A DNA stretch of 63,726 bases, the filler included, from an uncultured archaeon (lineage in GTDB: Archaea; Nanobdellota; Nanobdellia; Woesearchaeales; CAIVOO01), in assembly GCA_903842985.1 (NCBI GenBank). It is 6 parts of 6 records of this genome, joined end to end, with 100 filler letters (N's around TTAATTAATTAA, not from the genome) between each part and the next. Parts side by side here need not be neighbours in the genome. Positions count along the whole stretch, not along the records: positions 40,930 to 56,051 come from CAIMOB010000050.1; positions 56,152 to 63,726 come from CAIMOB010000051.1; 4 more parts are not named here. One strand, given 5' to 3'. A program made the position numbers and the translations under genes. Under the pieces are notes generated by a model. It saw nothing but the letters and a program-made list of their open reading frames with translations. It ran no database searches and was not told where the DNA came from. Positions 55,410 through 63,726 of this stretch are shown here, in pieces. Within the stretch, counting starts at the first letter, position 1, and each line of letters opens with the position of its first letter.

Positions 55410-56051
55410 ATGAGAATAGCAATTATCAGGAAGGAGCGTTGCAAAGGCGGCTCTGACTGCCCGTATTACTGCATGGCTGCATGCCCTGTGAACAGGGTAG
55501 GAAAGGAGTGCATCAAGCCAGGCGCTGACAAGAAGATAATAATAGATGAATCGCTGTGCATCGGCTGCAGCATCTGCGTAAAGAAATGCCCCTATGAAGC
55601 AATTTCAATAATTAATCTTCCAGAGGAGCTGAAGCAGAAGCCGATACACCGCTACGGGATAAACGGATTCCAATTATACAATCTGCCTACGCCAATCTTT
55701 GGCAAGGTAGTCGGCATTGTCGGGACAAATGGAATCGGGAAATCAACTGCAATAAAGATTCTTGCAGGCACACTGAAGCCGAACTTTGGAGGAGATAAAG
55801 AAGCAAGCTACGATGAACTGATTGAATATTTCAAAGGCACAGAAGCGCAGTTGTTCTTTGAGAAAGTCAAGGCAGGCGAAATAAAAATTTCATACAAACC
55901 GCAGGCAGTTGACCTGATACCGAAGCACTACCATGGCAAGGTTTCTGTTTTACTCCATAAATCAGATGAAAAAAACCAGTTTGATAAAATAGTAAAAGAG
56001 TTTGATTTAAAGGAAATCCTTGACACCGATGTTGACAAGATAAGCGGAGGG
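55410..56051 (+). CDS. rli: Ribosome recycling ATPase ABCE1/RLI, truncated by the gap
   Basis: N-terminal Fe-S motifs CP...CIGCSICVKKCP..AI.IINLP, HRYG.NGF.L, GTNGIGKST, ISGG. Confidence 0.95.
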
Positions 56052-56151
56052 NNNNNNNNNNNNNNNNNNNNNNNNNNNNNNNNNNNNNNNNNNNNTTAAT
56101 TAATTAANNNNNNNNNNNNNNNNNNNNNNNNNNNNNNNNNNNNNNNNNNNN
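56052..56151. other. Artificial contig-join spacer
   Basis: N-run + TTAATTAATTAA + N-run. Confidence 0.97.
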
Positions 56152-56261
56152 TGCTGTGCAGTTGTCAGCAGACCTATTTTTTTAGGGAGCTTTTTCAATG
56201 CTTTCTCTATTACAGGCATTATATCAACTTCAGCTTCTGCAGGAATAAACAGCCTTTTCAT
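56152..56261 (-). CDS. Probable diphthamide synthesis Dph2-like protein, N-terminal fragment
   Basis: MKRLFIPAEAEVDIMPVIEKALKKLPKKIGLLTTAQ fits the Dph2 pattern FIPA...IGL.TT.Q. Confidence 0.55.
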
Positions 56262-56287
56262 GATACTGCCTAAAAGAAGGAGGTTTT

Positions 56288-56809
56288 TTAAACCTTTTTA
56301 TTAATTATTGCGTCAATCGCGTCTACAAGATTTTTTGCAGCATAATCAGCTTCAGACTTCTCGCCTTTCCCAGTCATTACACTTATTGTTTTGCAGCCGG
56401 CGTTCCTGCCCATATCAACATCTGCTTTTTTGTCACCAATCATGTAGCTTTTTGACAAATCAATATCGAAGTCTTTTGCGCCATCTAATATCAACTTTGG
56501 CTTAGGCTTTCTGCAATCGCATCCAGCATCTGGATGGTGCGGGCAGTAATAAATTCTGTCTATTCTACCGCCATGCTTTTCTATCTCTTCCAGCATGTGC
56601 TTTGTAAAAATCTCATAATCCCTTTGAGTATAAAACCCCCTGCCAATGCCTGACTGGCTTGTTATGATTATTATCTTGTAGTCTGTTTTCGCAAGCTTTG
56701 TCAGTGCTTCAAGCACACCAGGAATAAATTCAAGGTCCTCTATCTTGTGCACATACTCCTTGTCAACATTTATTGTGCCGTCCCTGTCCAAAAATACCCC
56801 TACATTCAT
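56288..56809 (-). CDS. gmhB: HAD IIIA phosphatase (GmhB / histidinol-phosphatase family)
   Basis: FLDRDGTIN, TSQSGIGRG, CPHHP..CDCRKP, MIGDK. Confidence 0.88.
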   Translation of the reverse strand: MNVGVFLDRDGTINVDKEYVHKIEDLEFIPGVLEALTKLAKTDYKIIIITSQSGIGRGFYTQRDYEIFTKHMLEEIEKHGGRIDRIYYCPHHPDAGCDCRKPKPKLILDGAKDFDIDLSKSYMIGDKKADVDMGRNAGCKTISVMTGKGEKSEADYAAKNLVDAIDAIINKKV

Positions 56810-56840
56810 GCAATATCAAAAAAACAAAAAGTATATAAAA

Positions 56841-57293
56841 CTAACTGCCGAACATCTCACTTACTGTTTCATAGAGCCACTGGAAGCTGTCCCCTATTTT
56901 TCCAGTAATGTCAAGGCTGTTTCCGTTCTTGACAACGTCATTTTTCAGCACCGGATACCTGTTTCCAGTCATATGGTTTACAAGGTACGCAACAGATTCT
57001 CCCTTTTCATTTTTCTGCGTTTCAACCCACAAGTCATAAGGTTCATTGCTGAATCCCTCAGGCGCCTTGTATCCGCTGTTGAAATCCTTTTTTGTCCTGT
57101 ACGAGAAGCCAATCAGCTCTTCAAGTATGTCAGCTCTCTTGTGCTCTACAATCTCCTTCTCAAGCTCTTTTTTGAGATAGTCAGGCCGTTTCTGGCTCAT
57201 CCTTTGCTCTATCCCAATACAGCTTCTTGCGCCAATTAAAAGCCCAACTGCCACGCCTCCAGCAATAAGTCTTTTCTTTAATTTTGCATCCAT
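56841..57293 (-). CDS. Membrane-anchored hypothetical protein
   Basis: N-terminal hydrophobic helix; GGAGG RBS. Confidence 0.7.
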   Translation of the reverse strand: MDAKLKKRLIAGGVAVGLLIGARSCIGIEQRMSQKRPDYLKKELEKEIVEHKRADILEELIGFSYRTKKDFNSGYKAPEGFSNEPYDLWVETQKNEKGESVAYLVNHMTGNRYPVLKNDVVKNGNSLDITGKIGDSFQWLYETVSEMFGS

Positions 57294-57350
57294 TTTTCCT
57301 CCTAGCCGAGAACCAGTTGTTTGTATTAGGCAGCCAGAGTATATAAATGC

Positions 57351-57374
57351 GCGTTGTAGCGATCGCTACAACGC
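57351..57374. repeat. Perfect 24-bp palindrome in a divergent intergenic region
   Basis: GCGTTGTAGCGA|TCGCTACAACGC. Confidence 0.9.
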
Positions 57375-57407
57375 AGATAAATAAATTAAAAATTCTTATT
57401 TATTTGC

Positions 57408-57743
57408 ATGGAAGAGAAACTTTTGTTGAAAATAGCGCTTGTCTGCAGCATTGCAGGGGTATTTCTGCTGTTTATTATTTCAGATGAAATCCCTCCGAAC
57501 GAGAAAACAATAAGCAATCTTGAAAATAATGAGAACGTTGTTTTGAATGGGAAAATCACAAAAATTAATGACAAGGGAGATTTGCTGATTGCAGAGCTGT
57601 CACAGTACAATAAAATCAGCATAATAATATACAAAAAGGATTATCTTGACTTGAGAGTTAATGATAACATAGAAGTTATTGGCACGACAGAAGAATACAA
57701 CGGCAAGCAGGAGATAATTGCAGATGAGGTGCGGTTGATATGA
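57408..57743 (+). CDS. TM-anchored OB-fold protein
   Basis: N-terminal TM helix; V.L.GKI..I...DNIEVIG..EEYNGKQEIIADEV. Confidence 0.75.
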   Translation: MEEKLLLKIALVCSIAGVFLLFIISDEIPPNEKTISNLENNENVVLNGKITKINDKGDLLIAELSQYNKISIIIYKKDYLDLRVNDNIEVIGTTEEYNGKQEIIADEVRLI

Positions 57744-58945
57744 TTGAGTTCCTTATCTTTGCCCTTATCGGCTGCTTCTTTGGAATAATCACAGGCGTGA
57801 CACCAGGCATCCACATAAACCTTGTTGCAGTAATTTTGCTGGCTGTTTCGCATTATCTTTTCAAATACTTCAGCCCTGTTTCAGTCGCCTGTCTCATTGT
57901 TTCAATGTCAATAACACACACATTTCTTGATTTCATACCTTCGATTTTTCTTGGAGCGCCTGACGACGACACAGCACTCTCTGTCCTGCCTGGCCACAAG
58001 CTTCTGCTCAGGGGAATGGCTTACGAAGCAGTAAGACTGACTTTAATTGGCAGCCTTTTTAGTCTGATAATAACAATTGCATTAATCCCTCTTCTTTTGA
58101 AAATTATTCCCTGGATTTATCTGAATATTAAAAGTTACATTGGCTGGATTCTGCTTGCAGTTGTTCTTTACATGATTTTCAAGTCAGGAAATCCAAACAA
58201 AATATTCTGGTCAGCATTTGTCTTCCTTCTTTCAGGGATTTTTGGGCTGATTACATTCAATCTGGGGCTGAAGGACCCGCTTTTTCCGATGTTTTCAGGG
58301 ATGTTCGGAATTTCAATGCTTTTTATGAGCATTTTTGAGAAAGTCGTGATTCCGACGCAAAGAGTTACTGAAATGATAAAGCTGAAAAAGAAAAATATTG
58401 CAAAGGCGCTTGGCGCAAGCGTGTTTTCCGGAACTCTTGTTTCAATTTTTCCCGGGCTCGGCCCTGCGCAGGCAGCTGTCATGGGAAGCCAGATTGTCGG
58501 CAGAATCGGAATATATTCCTATCTGATTTTGATTGGCGGAATCAATACTGTTTCAATGCTGATTGCGCTTGTGACAACATTCACAATAAACAAGGCAAGG
58601 AACGGCTCAATTGCAGTTGTTCAGCAGATGCTTGGGAGCACGGACATGAAATACCTTGTTGTTTTTGTTGCAGTTGCATTGATTGCAGGCGGAATTGCAA
58701 CATTTTTATGCCTCTGGCTGACAAAAATCTTCGCAACATTGATTAACATAATAAATTACCAGCTTCTCTGCGTGATTATAATCTCGCTGATACTCTCTTT
58801 GGTGTTTTATTTCAGCGGATTCCTCGGACTGATTGTGCTGATTGTAAGCACATTAATTGGCTTTATTCCGCCGCTGATTCCTGTTCCAAGAACGCAGATG
58901 ATGGGCTGCCTGCTTCTGCCTGTCATATTATATTTTATTTTGTGA
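57740..58945 (+). CDS. TctA-family (COG1784) membrane protein
   Basis: GIITGVTPGIHIN, DFIPSIFLGAP, LSVLPGH, PGLGPAQA. Confidence 0.88.
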   Translation: MIEFLIFALIGCFFGIITGVTPGIHINLVAVILLAVSHYLFKYFSPVSVACLIVSMSITHTFLDFIPSIFLGAPDDDTALSVLPGHKLLLRGMAYEAVRLTLIGSLFSLIITIALIPLLLKIIPWIYLNIKSYIGWILLAVVLYMIFKSGNPNKIFWSAFVFLLSGIFGLITFNLGLKDPLFPMFSGMFGISMLFMSIFEKVVIPTQRVTEMIKLKKKNIAKALGASVFSGTLVSIFPGLGPAQAAVMGSQIVGRIGIYSYLILIGGINTVSMLIALVTTFTINKARNGSIAVVQQMLGSTDMKYLVVFVAVALIAGGIATFLCLWLTKIFATLINIINYQLLCVIIISLILSLVFYFSGFLGLIVLIVSTLIGFIPPLIPVPRTQMMGCLLLPVILYFIL

Positions 58946-60037
58946 TTAAGGCAGCCACGTCTTCTTATTTTCTAATTTCTTTGGAAGATAATCTGTTATG
59001 ACGAAGTTAAGTCCCCACTGCGCCAATGCCTGCTGTTCTGCCCTTTTCTTCATTGCAAGCATCTGCTTCAGCGCCTTCTGCCATTCTGGGTGATATTTTA
59101 CAAATGGGTCATTCTTCAATCCATCCTGTATCCTCTTGACGTCAACATCCTTCAGCGGATGAGAAGGCAGCTTGTAATCAATGATGTCCTGCGGAGTAAC
59201 TCCAAGAAACTGCGCATTCGGAACGCAGAAATACTTGTTTATGTGCGCGGCATTGCCTGAGCCGACCTTTAATGTTCTGTAAATGTTAAGGTATCCGTAG
59301 CAGTCGCCGTCAACAAAGCAGTAGACAGGCAGTTTTTTATCGTCGCTCAACCTTCTTATGAATCTCCTGCAGGCCCTTGTCGGAACACCTCCAAGCGAAA
59401 TAAGGATGCAGTTGGCCTTTTTCCAGTAGGCGTGCTTTACAAGTCTCTGGTACATACCTGCTGTTTCAATCGCAAGAATGAACTTAGCATCTGTCTCAAA
59501 ATCCAGGTGCTCGACAGAGCTCGGGACAGAATAGGCGCCTGTGCCCATCTTTGTGCAGTCAATCCTTACTTCCTTTCCTGTTGTAGGATCCTTATCAATG
59601 ACAATCAGGTTGCCTGAAACATCCCCTCCCTTTTCCTCTGGGATGAACCCAAGCTGCTCCCTGTTTGTCATGAACATCGCTTCAACGTCATCCATTATTG
59701 TGTCTGACTCAGCCTGCTCAAGGAAACGCACCTCGCCCCAGTTCTTTGAAACATAATATGCCTCCCTTTTTGTTGCAATGTCGTCTGTCTCAACCAGATT
59801 TTTTGAAAGCCCGAGCATTTTCAGTGTCTGGGCGAATGTTTTCACAGTTGAGACGCTCATCGACCTTGTCTTGAACTGGTTGTCAAGCTCGAAATAGCCT
59901 ATCTTCGGGTCGTAGGTTACATTTGAAAGCGAACGAAGCGGCGCAGAGAGCTCTGGCTTTTTCATTGCAATTATTTTCTTGTAAACATCACTTGCAAGCG
60001 CCTTTATCTTGTCCAAAACATCATTCTCCCTCTTCAC
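58946..60037 (-). CDS. top6A: DNA topoisomerase VI subunit A
   Basis: TKREAYY (catalytic Tyr), QAESD...[29 protein letters not shown]. Confidence 0.96.
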   Translation of the reverse strand: MKRENDVLDKIKALASDVYKKIIAMKKPELSAPLRSLSNVTYDPKIGYFELDNQFKTRSMSVSTVKTFAQTLKMLGLSKNLVETDDIATKREAYYVSKNWGEVRFLEQAESDTIMDDVEAMFMTNREQLGFIPEEKGGDVSGNLIVIDKDPTTGKEVRIDCTKMGTGAYSVPSSVEHLDFETDAKFILAIETAGMYQRLVKHAYWKKANCILISLGGVPTRACRRFIRRLSDDKKLPVYCFVDGDCYGYLNIYRTLKVGSGNAAHINKYFCVPNAQFLGVTPQDIIDYKLPSHPLKDVDVKRIQDGLKNDPFVKYHPEWQKALKQMLAMKKRAEQQALAQWGLNFVITDYLPKKLENKKTWLP

Positions 60038-61661
60038 TTTCCCCTCCGCCCAATATTCCTAATTTTCCTTCTTCTTTATCATGAACAACTTCATATAATT
60101 CCTCAACCTTTCTTGATTTTTCAAGTATCTCCTTTAACGATGAATTTATCCTGTCTTTTTCCTTATCAGAAAGCTGAAGCAGCTCTTTCAATGCCTCACC
60201 GACATGAGGCAGATACTTCTCAATGTACCCTTTTTTCTTCAGCTCGTCAAAAACCCTTCTTTTCTTGCTTACGTATCTTAAAAGCTCCCTTCCGCATTCC
60301 TGCAGCGCCAGCTTTATCTCCTTAACTATTTCAGGATAATGCGCAATTGCTTCCTTTGCTTCTGAAGTGAATGGCGCCCAGACAGAAGCAAGATGTACAA
60401 GAATGACAATCGGGCCAACAGGCAAAGCGCCCGAGCTTTGCTGCATGCCGTAACTTTTCCAGCTTGTTGTTAATATTGATTTTGTGATTGCACAAGACCC
60501 CTGCTGGTAAAGCAGCGGAACCCTATTTGCAAACCTTAAGACATCTGCCTGTTTTTCCTTCTCAAGTTCACCGCCGTAAGCAATGCAGCATTCTATCACA
60601 AAAGGGTTTCCCCTGTAAACAGACGGCGGCCTTGTGACAGATGTATAAAACTCCGCTTTTATTTCCTTCTTCAATCCCTTCTCAAGCAGTTCAGCTCCTA
60701 TCGGCACAATGCAGTCAGTGGGCGGCGCAATTATTTTTGTCTCCCTTATGGCCTTAATCAGCCTTTCTGCCTGCTGCATATTTATCTCTGTTGCCTTTGT
60801 GTTCGGCGGAATTGCAGCTTTTTCGCAAATTTCCTTTAAAGTCCCTGCGCCGACTCTTGAAAACTCATTCATGAAGAAGCTCTGCACTGTCCTTGCTTCT
60901 GTATTCCTCAGCATTTTTATCAGGATTCCAAGCTCAACACCATAAGGATGCGGCTTTATCTCCTTCGGCTCCCTTGGCAGCTCGCTTGTCGCCCTCGGGA
61001 AAATCATCTGCTCTGCTTTTGGAGTTGTATAAATTATTGTAACATGCGGGTTGACAATTGCAGTCTCTTTTAGGTATTCATCAACGCTCTGCATCCCTTT
61101 CTGGTAGGTTCCTTCAATATCCATCTCTATTCTTGTCCCATGCTCCTTTTTCCATTCAACTATTCCTTCTTTGATTATTTCAGGGGAGTTTGCTTTTGTG
61201 TCAATGTGAAGCTCGTACATCTGCGCAGGCTCGTCAGGTGCAATCTTTGATATTATCTTTGTGGGCCTTCCTGTTGTCAGCTGGGCATACAAGACAGCTG
61301 CGCTTATTCCGATTCCCTGCTGCCCCCTGCTCTGCCTAAGCCTGTGGAACTTGCTTCCGTAAAGAAGCTTTGCAAATATGTTTGGTATTTGCTTCTTTAC
61401 TATTCCCGGACCGTTGTCCTCGACAATAACCTTAAAGCGGTCGTTCTGCATGTCAATCAATTCAACGCTTATTTCAGGCAATATTTTCGCTTCTTCGCAC
61501 GCATCTAATGAATTATCAACTGCCTCCTTCACAACGGTCAGAAGCGCCTTTCGCCTGTTGTCAAACCCAAGCAGATGCCTGTTCTTCTCGAAAAATTCCG
61601 CTACAGAAATCTCCCTTTGCTGTTTCGCCAGTTCATGCGCAATTGCTGCCATTAATTTCAA
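60021..61661 (-). CDS. top6B: DNA topoisomerase VI subunit B
   Basis: [50 protein letters not shown]. Confidence 0.97.
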   Translation of the reverse strand: MKLMAAIAHELAKQQREISVAEFFEKNRHLLGFDNRRKALLTVVKEAVDNSLDACEEAKILPEISVELIDMQNDRFKVIVEDNGPGIVKKQIPNIFAKLLYGSKFHRLRQSRGQQGIGISAAVLYAQLTTGRPTKIISKIAPDEPAQMYELHIDTKANSPEIIKEGIVEWKKEHGTRIEMDIEGTYQKGMQSVDEYLKETAIVNPHVTIIYTTPKAEQMIFPRATSELPREPKEIKPHPYGVELGILIKMLRNTEARTVQSFFMNEFSRVGAGTLKEICEKAAIPPNTKATEINMQQAERLIKAIRETKIIAPPTDCIVPIGAELLEKGLKKEIKAEFYTSVTRPPSVYRGNPFVIECCIAYGGELEKEKQADVLRFANRVPLLYQQGSCAITKSILTTSWKSYGMQQSSGALPVGPIVILVHLASVWAPFTSEAKEAIAHYPEIVKEIKLALQECGRELLRYVSKKRRVFDELKKKGYIEKYLPHVGEALKELLQLSDKEKDRINSSLKEILEKSRKVEELYEVVHDKEEGKLGILGGGESEEGE

Positions 61662-61691
61662 CTATTTTTGTTTTATTTTAAAAGCTTTCGC

Positions 61692-62231
61692 TTAAAAAAT
61701 GGATTTTCTCTTCAAGTCCCTTCTCTTTTTTTCAAGAAAAGTGTAAACTTTTGAATGGGGGCTCCCTTTTACAAGCATTTCTACTGCTTGCTTTGCAATT
61801 GCAACATTTTCAATCAATCCAATCATTGAAACTGTTTTTCCGTAGATTGTTACGCTTGTTTCTGTCAGCTCCTCAATCGCGACCCTTGTCTTTCCTTCGC
61901 TTCCAATCAGCCTTGATTTTATTCTTATCATGTCATTTCTTGACTTGCCTGCATATTCCTGCAGGTTTATCATCTCAAATGCGTAATCCTGGTTAAGAAG
62001 CCTCATTGCAACTTCAGGATTGAATCCCCTGCTGATTGCCTGCACAATCTCCTTTGCTGTTAAAATTCCTATGCTGTCCTTTCCATTGATAAAAACATCC
62101 CCTTCTTTTGAGTCAATTGTTAATTTCGATTTTGTGGCCTGCTCTATTTCCTTTTTTATCTCTCCTTTTTTTCCGATTAATACAGCTATCCTGTCTTTCG
62201 GTATCTTTATTTCATGCTGGTATTCCATCAT
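61692..62231 (-). CDS. KH-domain rRNA-processing protein (Dim2/Pno1-like)
   Basis: RIAVLIGKKG, AISRGFNPE, RLIGSEGKTR, GSPHSKVY; conserved rio1-KH-top6B order. Confidence 0.92.
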   Translation of the reverse strand: MMEYQHEIKIPKDRIAVLIGKKGEIKKEIEQATKSKLTIDSKEGDVFINGKDSIGILTAKEIVQAISRGFNPEVAMRLLNQDYAFEMINLQEYAGKSRNDMIRIKSRLIGSEGKTRVAIEELTETSVTIYGKTVSMIGLIENVAIAKQAVEMLVKGSPHSKVYTFLEKKRRDLKRKSIF

Positions 62232-62258
62232 TTTTAACGAACCTTATGAGTTTAACAA

Positions 62259-62337
62259 CAAAAATCTTTTAAAGATTTTTGAGTGCAAAAAATCCTTTTG
62301 GATTTTTTTGCAAATGCCCGCAAATCTTTGATTTGCG
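62259..62337. repeat. Three-hairpin array between rio1 and the KH gene
   Basis: CAAAAATCTTT-T-AAAGATTTTTG, TGCAAAAAATCC-TTTT-GGATTTTTTTGCA, CGCAAATC-TTT-GATTTGCG. Confidence 0.85.
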
Positions 62338-63036
62338 TCATATTACCTTTTTCTTCAGCTCTTCCTCGCTTGTTTTGACTCCAATCTTATTGAAAAATTT
62401 TGAAATATTCCTTATGTCCCTGTCCAAAAGCTCATCTGCATTTAAGCTTTTTGTTGAAGTGCCCTGCGAAAAATCTATTAAATATGGCCTGTCGTTCCAG
62501 TTAAGTATGTTGTATTCTGACAAGTCAGCATGGACAATTCCTGCCTTGTGAAGCTTTTTCATGTTCTCAATTACGCTGTTAAAAAATTTATCCTTGTTTT
62601 TCGGCCATTCATCCTTTACCCTTGGCGCAGGGTTCTCGTTTCCAAGGAACTCGAGCACAAGCACGTTATTCAGCACAGCAATTGGCTTCGGGACATCAGC
62701 ATTTACTTCCCTTGCAACCATAATGTTCCTGTATTCTCTCTGGACCCAGCTGAAGATTATCTGCCTTCTTGCCTTTCTCAGCTTTGTATACCTTACATCC
62801 TGTTTTATATAATCATACATTCTCTTGAAATTGCAGGCCTGAAGCAGGTATATCTTGACAGCAATCTTCTTATTGCCTTTTAAAGCCACATATACATTTG
62901 ATTCCTTCCCAACTGCTATTGGGCTTTCAAGCTCGTCAAAATGCCCCTGGGTGCTTAATTTATGCAGTGTACGCAGCGTAAACTCATCAAATACGTCTTT
63001 ATACACCTTCCATTCTTCCCTTACCTTATTTGTCAT
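62338..63036 (-). CDS. rio1: RIO1 serine/threonine kinase
   Basis: GKESNVY, AVKIY, W..RE..N, VHADLSEYNIL, IDFSQ, RDI.N. Confidence 0.95.
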   Translation of the reverse strand: MTNKVREEWKVYKDVFDEFTLRTLHKLSTQGHFDELESPIAVGKESNVYVALKGNKKIAVKIYLLQACNFKRMYDYIKQDVRYTKLRKARRQIIFSWVQREYRNIMVAREVNADVPKPIAVLNNVLVLEFLGNENPAPRVKDEWPKNKDKFFNSVIENMKKLHKAGIVHADLSEYNILNWNDRPYLIDFSQGTSTKSLNADELLDRDIRNISKFFNKIGVKTSEEELKKKVI

Positions 63037-63118
63037 ATTAGTGGCTCAATAGTTAGTATATGCACTATTTAAAGGTTGTTTTAAACCCTGTTTATTAAAC
63101 AAACGACTAATGGTTTTA

Positions 63119-63271
63119 TTAGTTTATTGTTTTTTCAAGCACGACCTTGTTTCTGTCAAAACTAATCTTTATACTATCTCCCTTATTCCAGGCAAGCATT
63201 TTCATTGCTTGAATAGGCAAAGTAATAAACATCTGTCCTGACTTCATTTGTTGTAGTTTTCTGCTTTCCAT
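63119..63271 (-). CDS. AbrB/MazE/SpoVT-type DNA-binding protein (50 aa); not in the ORF track
   Basis: MESRKLQQMKSGQMFITLPIQAMKMLAWNKGDSIKISFDRNKVVLEKTIN fits RK.Q...ITLP...W.KGD. Confidence 0.78.
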   Translation of the reverse strand: MESRKLQQMKSGQMFITLPIQAMKMLAWNKGDSIKISFDRNKVVLEKTIN

Positions 63272-63429
63272 TTTTTGAATACCCTCAACCTTTGACCAAA
63301 CAATGAATAAAACAAATCCTTTAAGGCTGTCTCATAGCCTTGAATAAACTCCTCTCTTATGTTCTTTCTGGTCCTTACCCTTTGAATAAGGCAATACATA
63401 CACTTTTTAATTCCGTTGCGTGTTATCAT
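63244..63429 (-). CDS. Small hypothetical protein
   Basis: 61-aa ORF with CxxC and GYETALKDL, overlapping the AbrB-like gene. Confidence 0.45.
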   Translation of the reverse strand: MITRNGIKKCMYCLIQRVRTRKNIREEFIQGYETALKDLFYSLFGQRLRVFKKWKAENYNK

Positions 63430-63512
63430 TATGAAATGTAGTTCATCTCGGGGGTGTATAATTTCTTGCCTTTGAAATCCTTGCGCAGTTGTTTAATGTC
63501 TTTGTTTGGCAT

Positions 63513-63680
63513 TTAGCATTCATCTTCATTGTGTTCATCAAAATAATATTTCTTTTTGGCCAAAGAAATCATTTCTACTTTGTTATCTTCTACCAAAAGG
63601 CTTACAACAATAGGCCTGCCAATATCCTTGTGGAGTTTCAATAGCCACGCTTTAAGTTCTTCAGCATTCTTTTTTGCCAT
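63513..63680 (-). CDS. Small hypothetical protein (55 aa)
   Basis: MAKKNAEELKAWLLKLHKDIGRPIVVSLLVEDNKVEMISLAKKKYYFDEHNEDEC; part of a packed run of short ORFs. Confidence 0.45.
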   Translation of the reverse strand: MAKKNAEELKAWLLKLHKDIGRPIVVSLLVEDNKVEMISLAKKKYYFDEHNEDEC

Positions 63681-63726
63681 TTTAATTGCTCTTTCAACAT
63701 CTTTTCAAATTCCTTTTTGCTCTGAA

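Noticed and set aside
1595..62337. Hairpin arrays as CRISPR arrays
   Set aside because: No identical direct repeats with regular unique spacers, and no cas genes in the window.
63119..63271. Apparent frameshift in the AbrB-like gene
   Set aside because: Re-reading gives TGG AAT AAG GGA GAT in one frame; the 50-aa ORF is intact.

Overview
Archaeal genomic DNA, most likely from a DPANN lineage (Woesearchaeota-like). Support: prefoldin alpha, type II MetAP, L41e, RIO1-KH-topoisomerase VI genes, ABCE1, BHB-intron tRNAs, TATA promoters and KR(A/G)Q class III signal peptides. The window is six contigs joined by artificial 100-nt N/TTAATTAATTAA spacers, so adjacency across the spacers carries no information. 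Contig 1 (1-16527) has pheA, ftsY, pfdA, scpA, four tRNAs, an ABC-2 exporter, map, a degenerate CheA P1-P2 fragment, galT and a GT3 glycogen synthase. Contig 2 (16628-36570) is an ~18.5-kb cluster of giant Cys-rich secreted proteins and two large pilin-signal proteins, interrupted by a RelE-type toxin-antitoxin pair. Contigs 3-4 are short (Mrr-like nuclease, HPF-like protein, partial gyrB). Contig 5 has a tandemly duplicated surface/fibre-protein locus, a MacB-type ABC system, tRNA-Thr and partial ABCE1. Contig 6 has gmhB, tctA, top6A/B, a KH protein and rio1. The most striking unexplained signals are: (1) a promoter-proximal Phe-rich leader peptide with alternative RNA pairings upstream of pheA, attenuation-like in an archaeon; (2) the giant-protein/pilin-signal cluster with two paralog pairs; (3) small palindromic elements found between genes, apparently in tRNA introns, and in-frame inside proteins. 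All calls come from reading the sequence by eye; no database searches were run.
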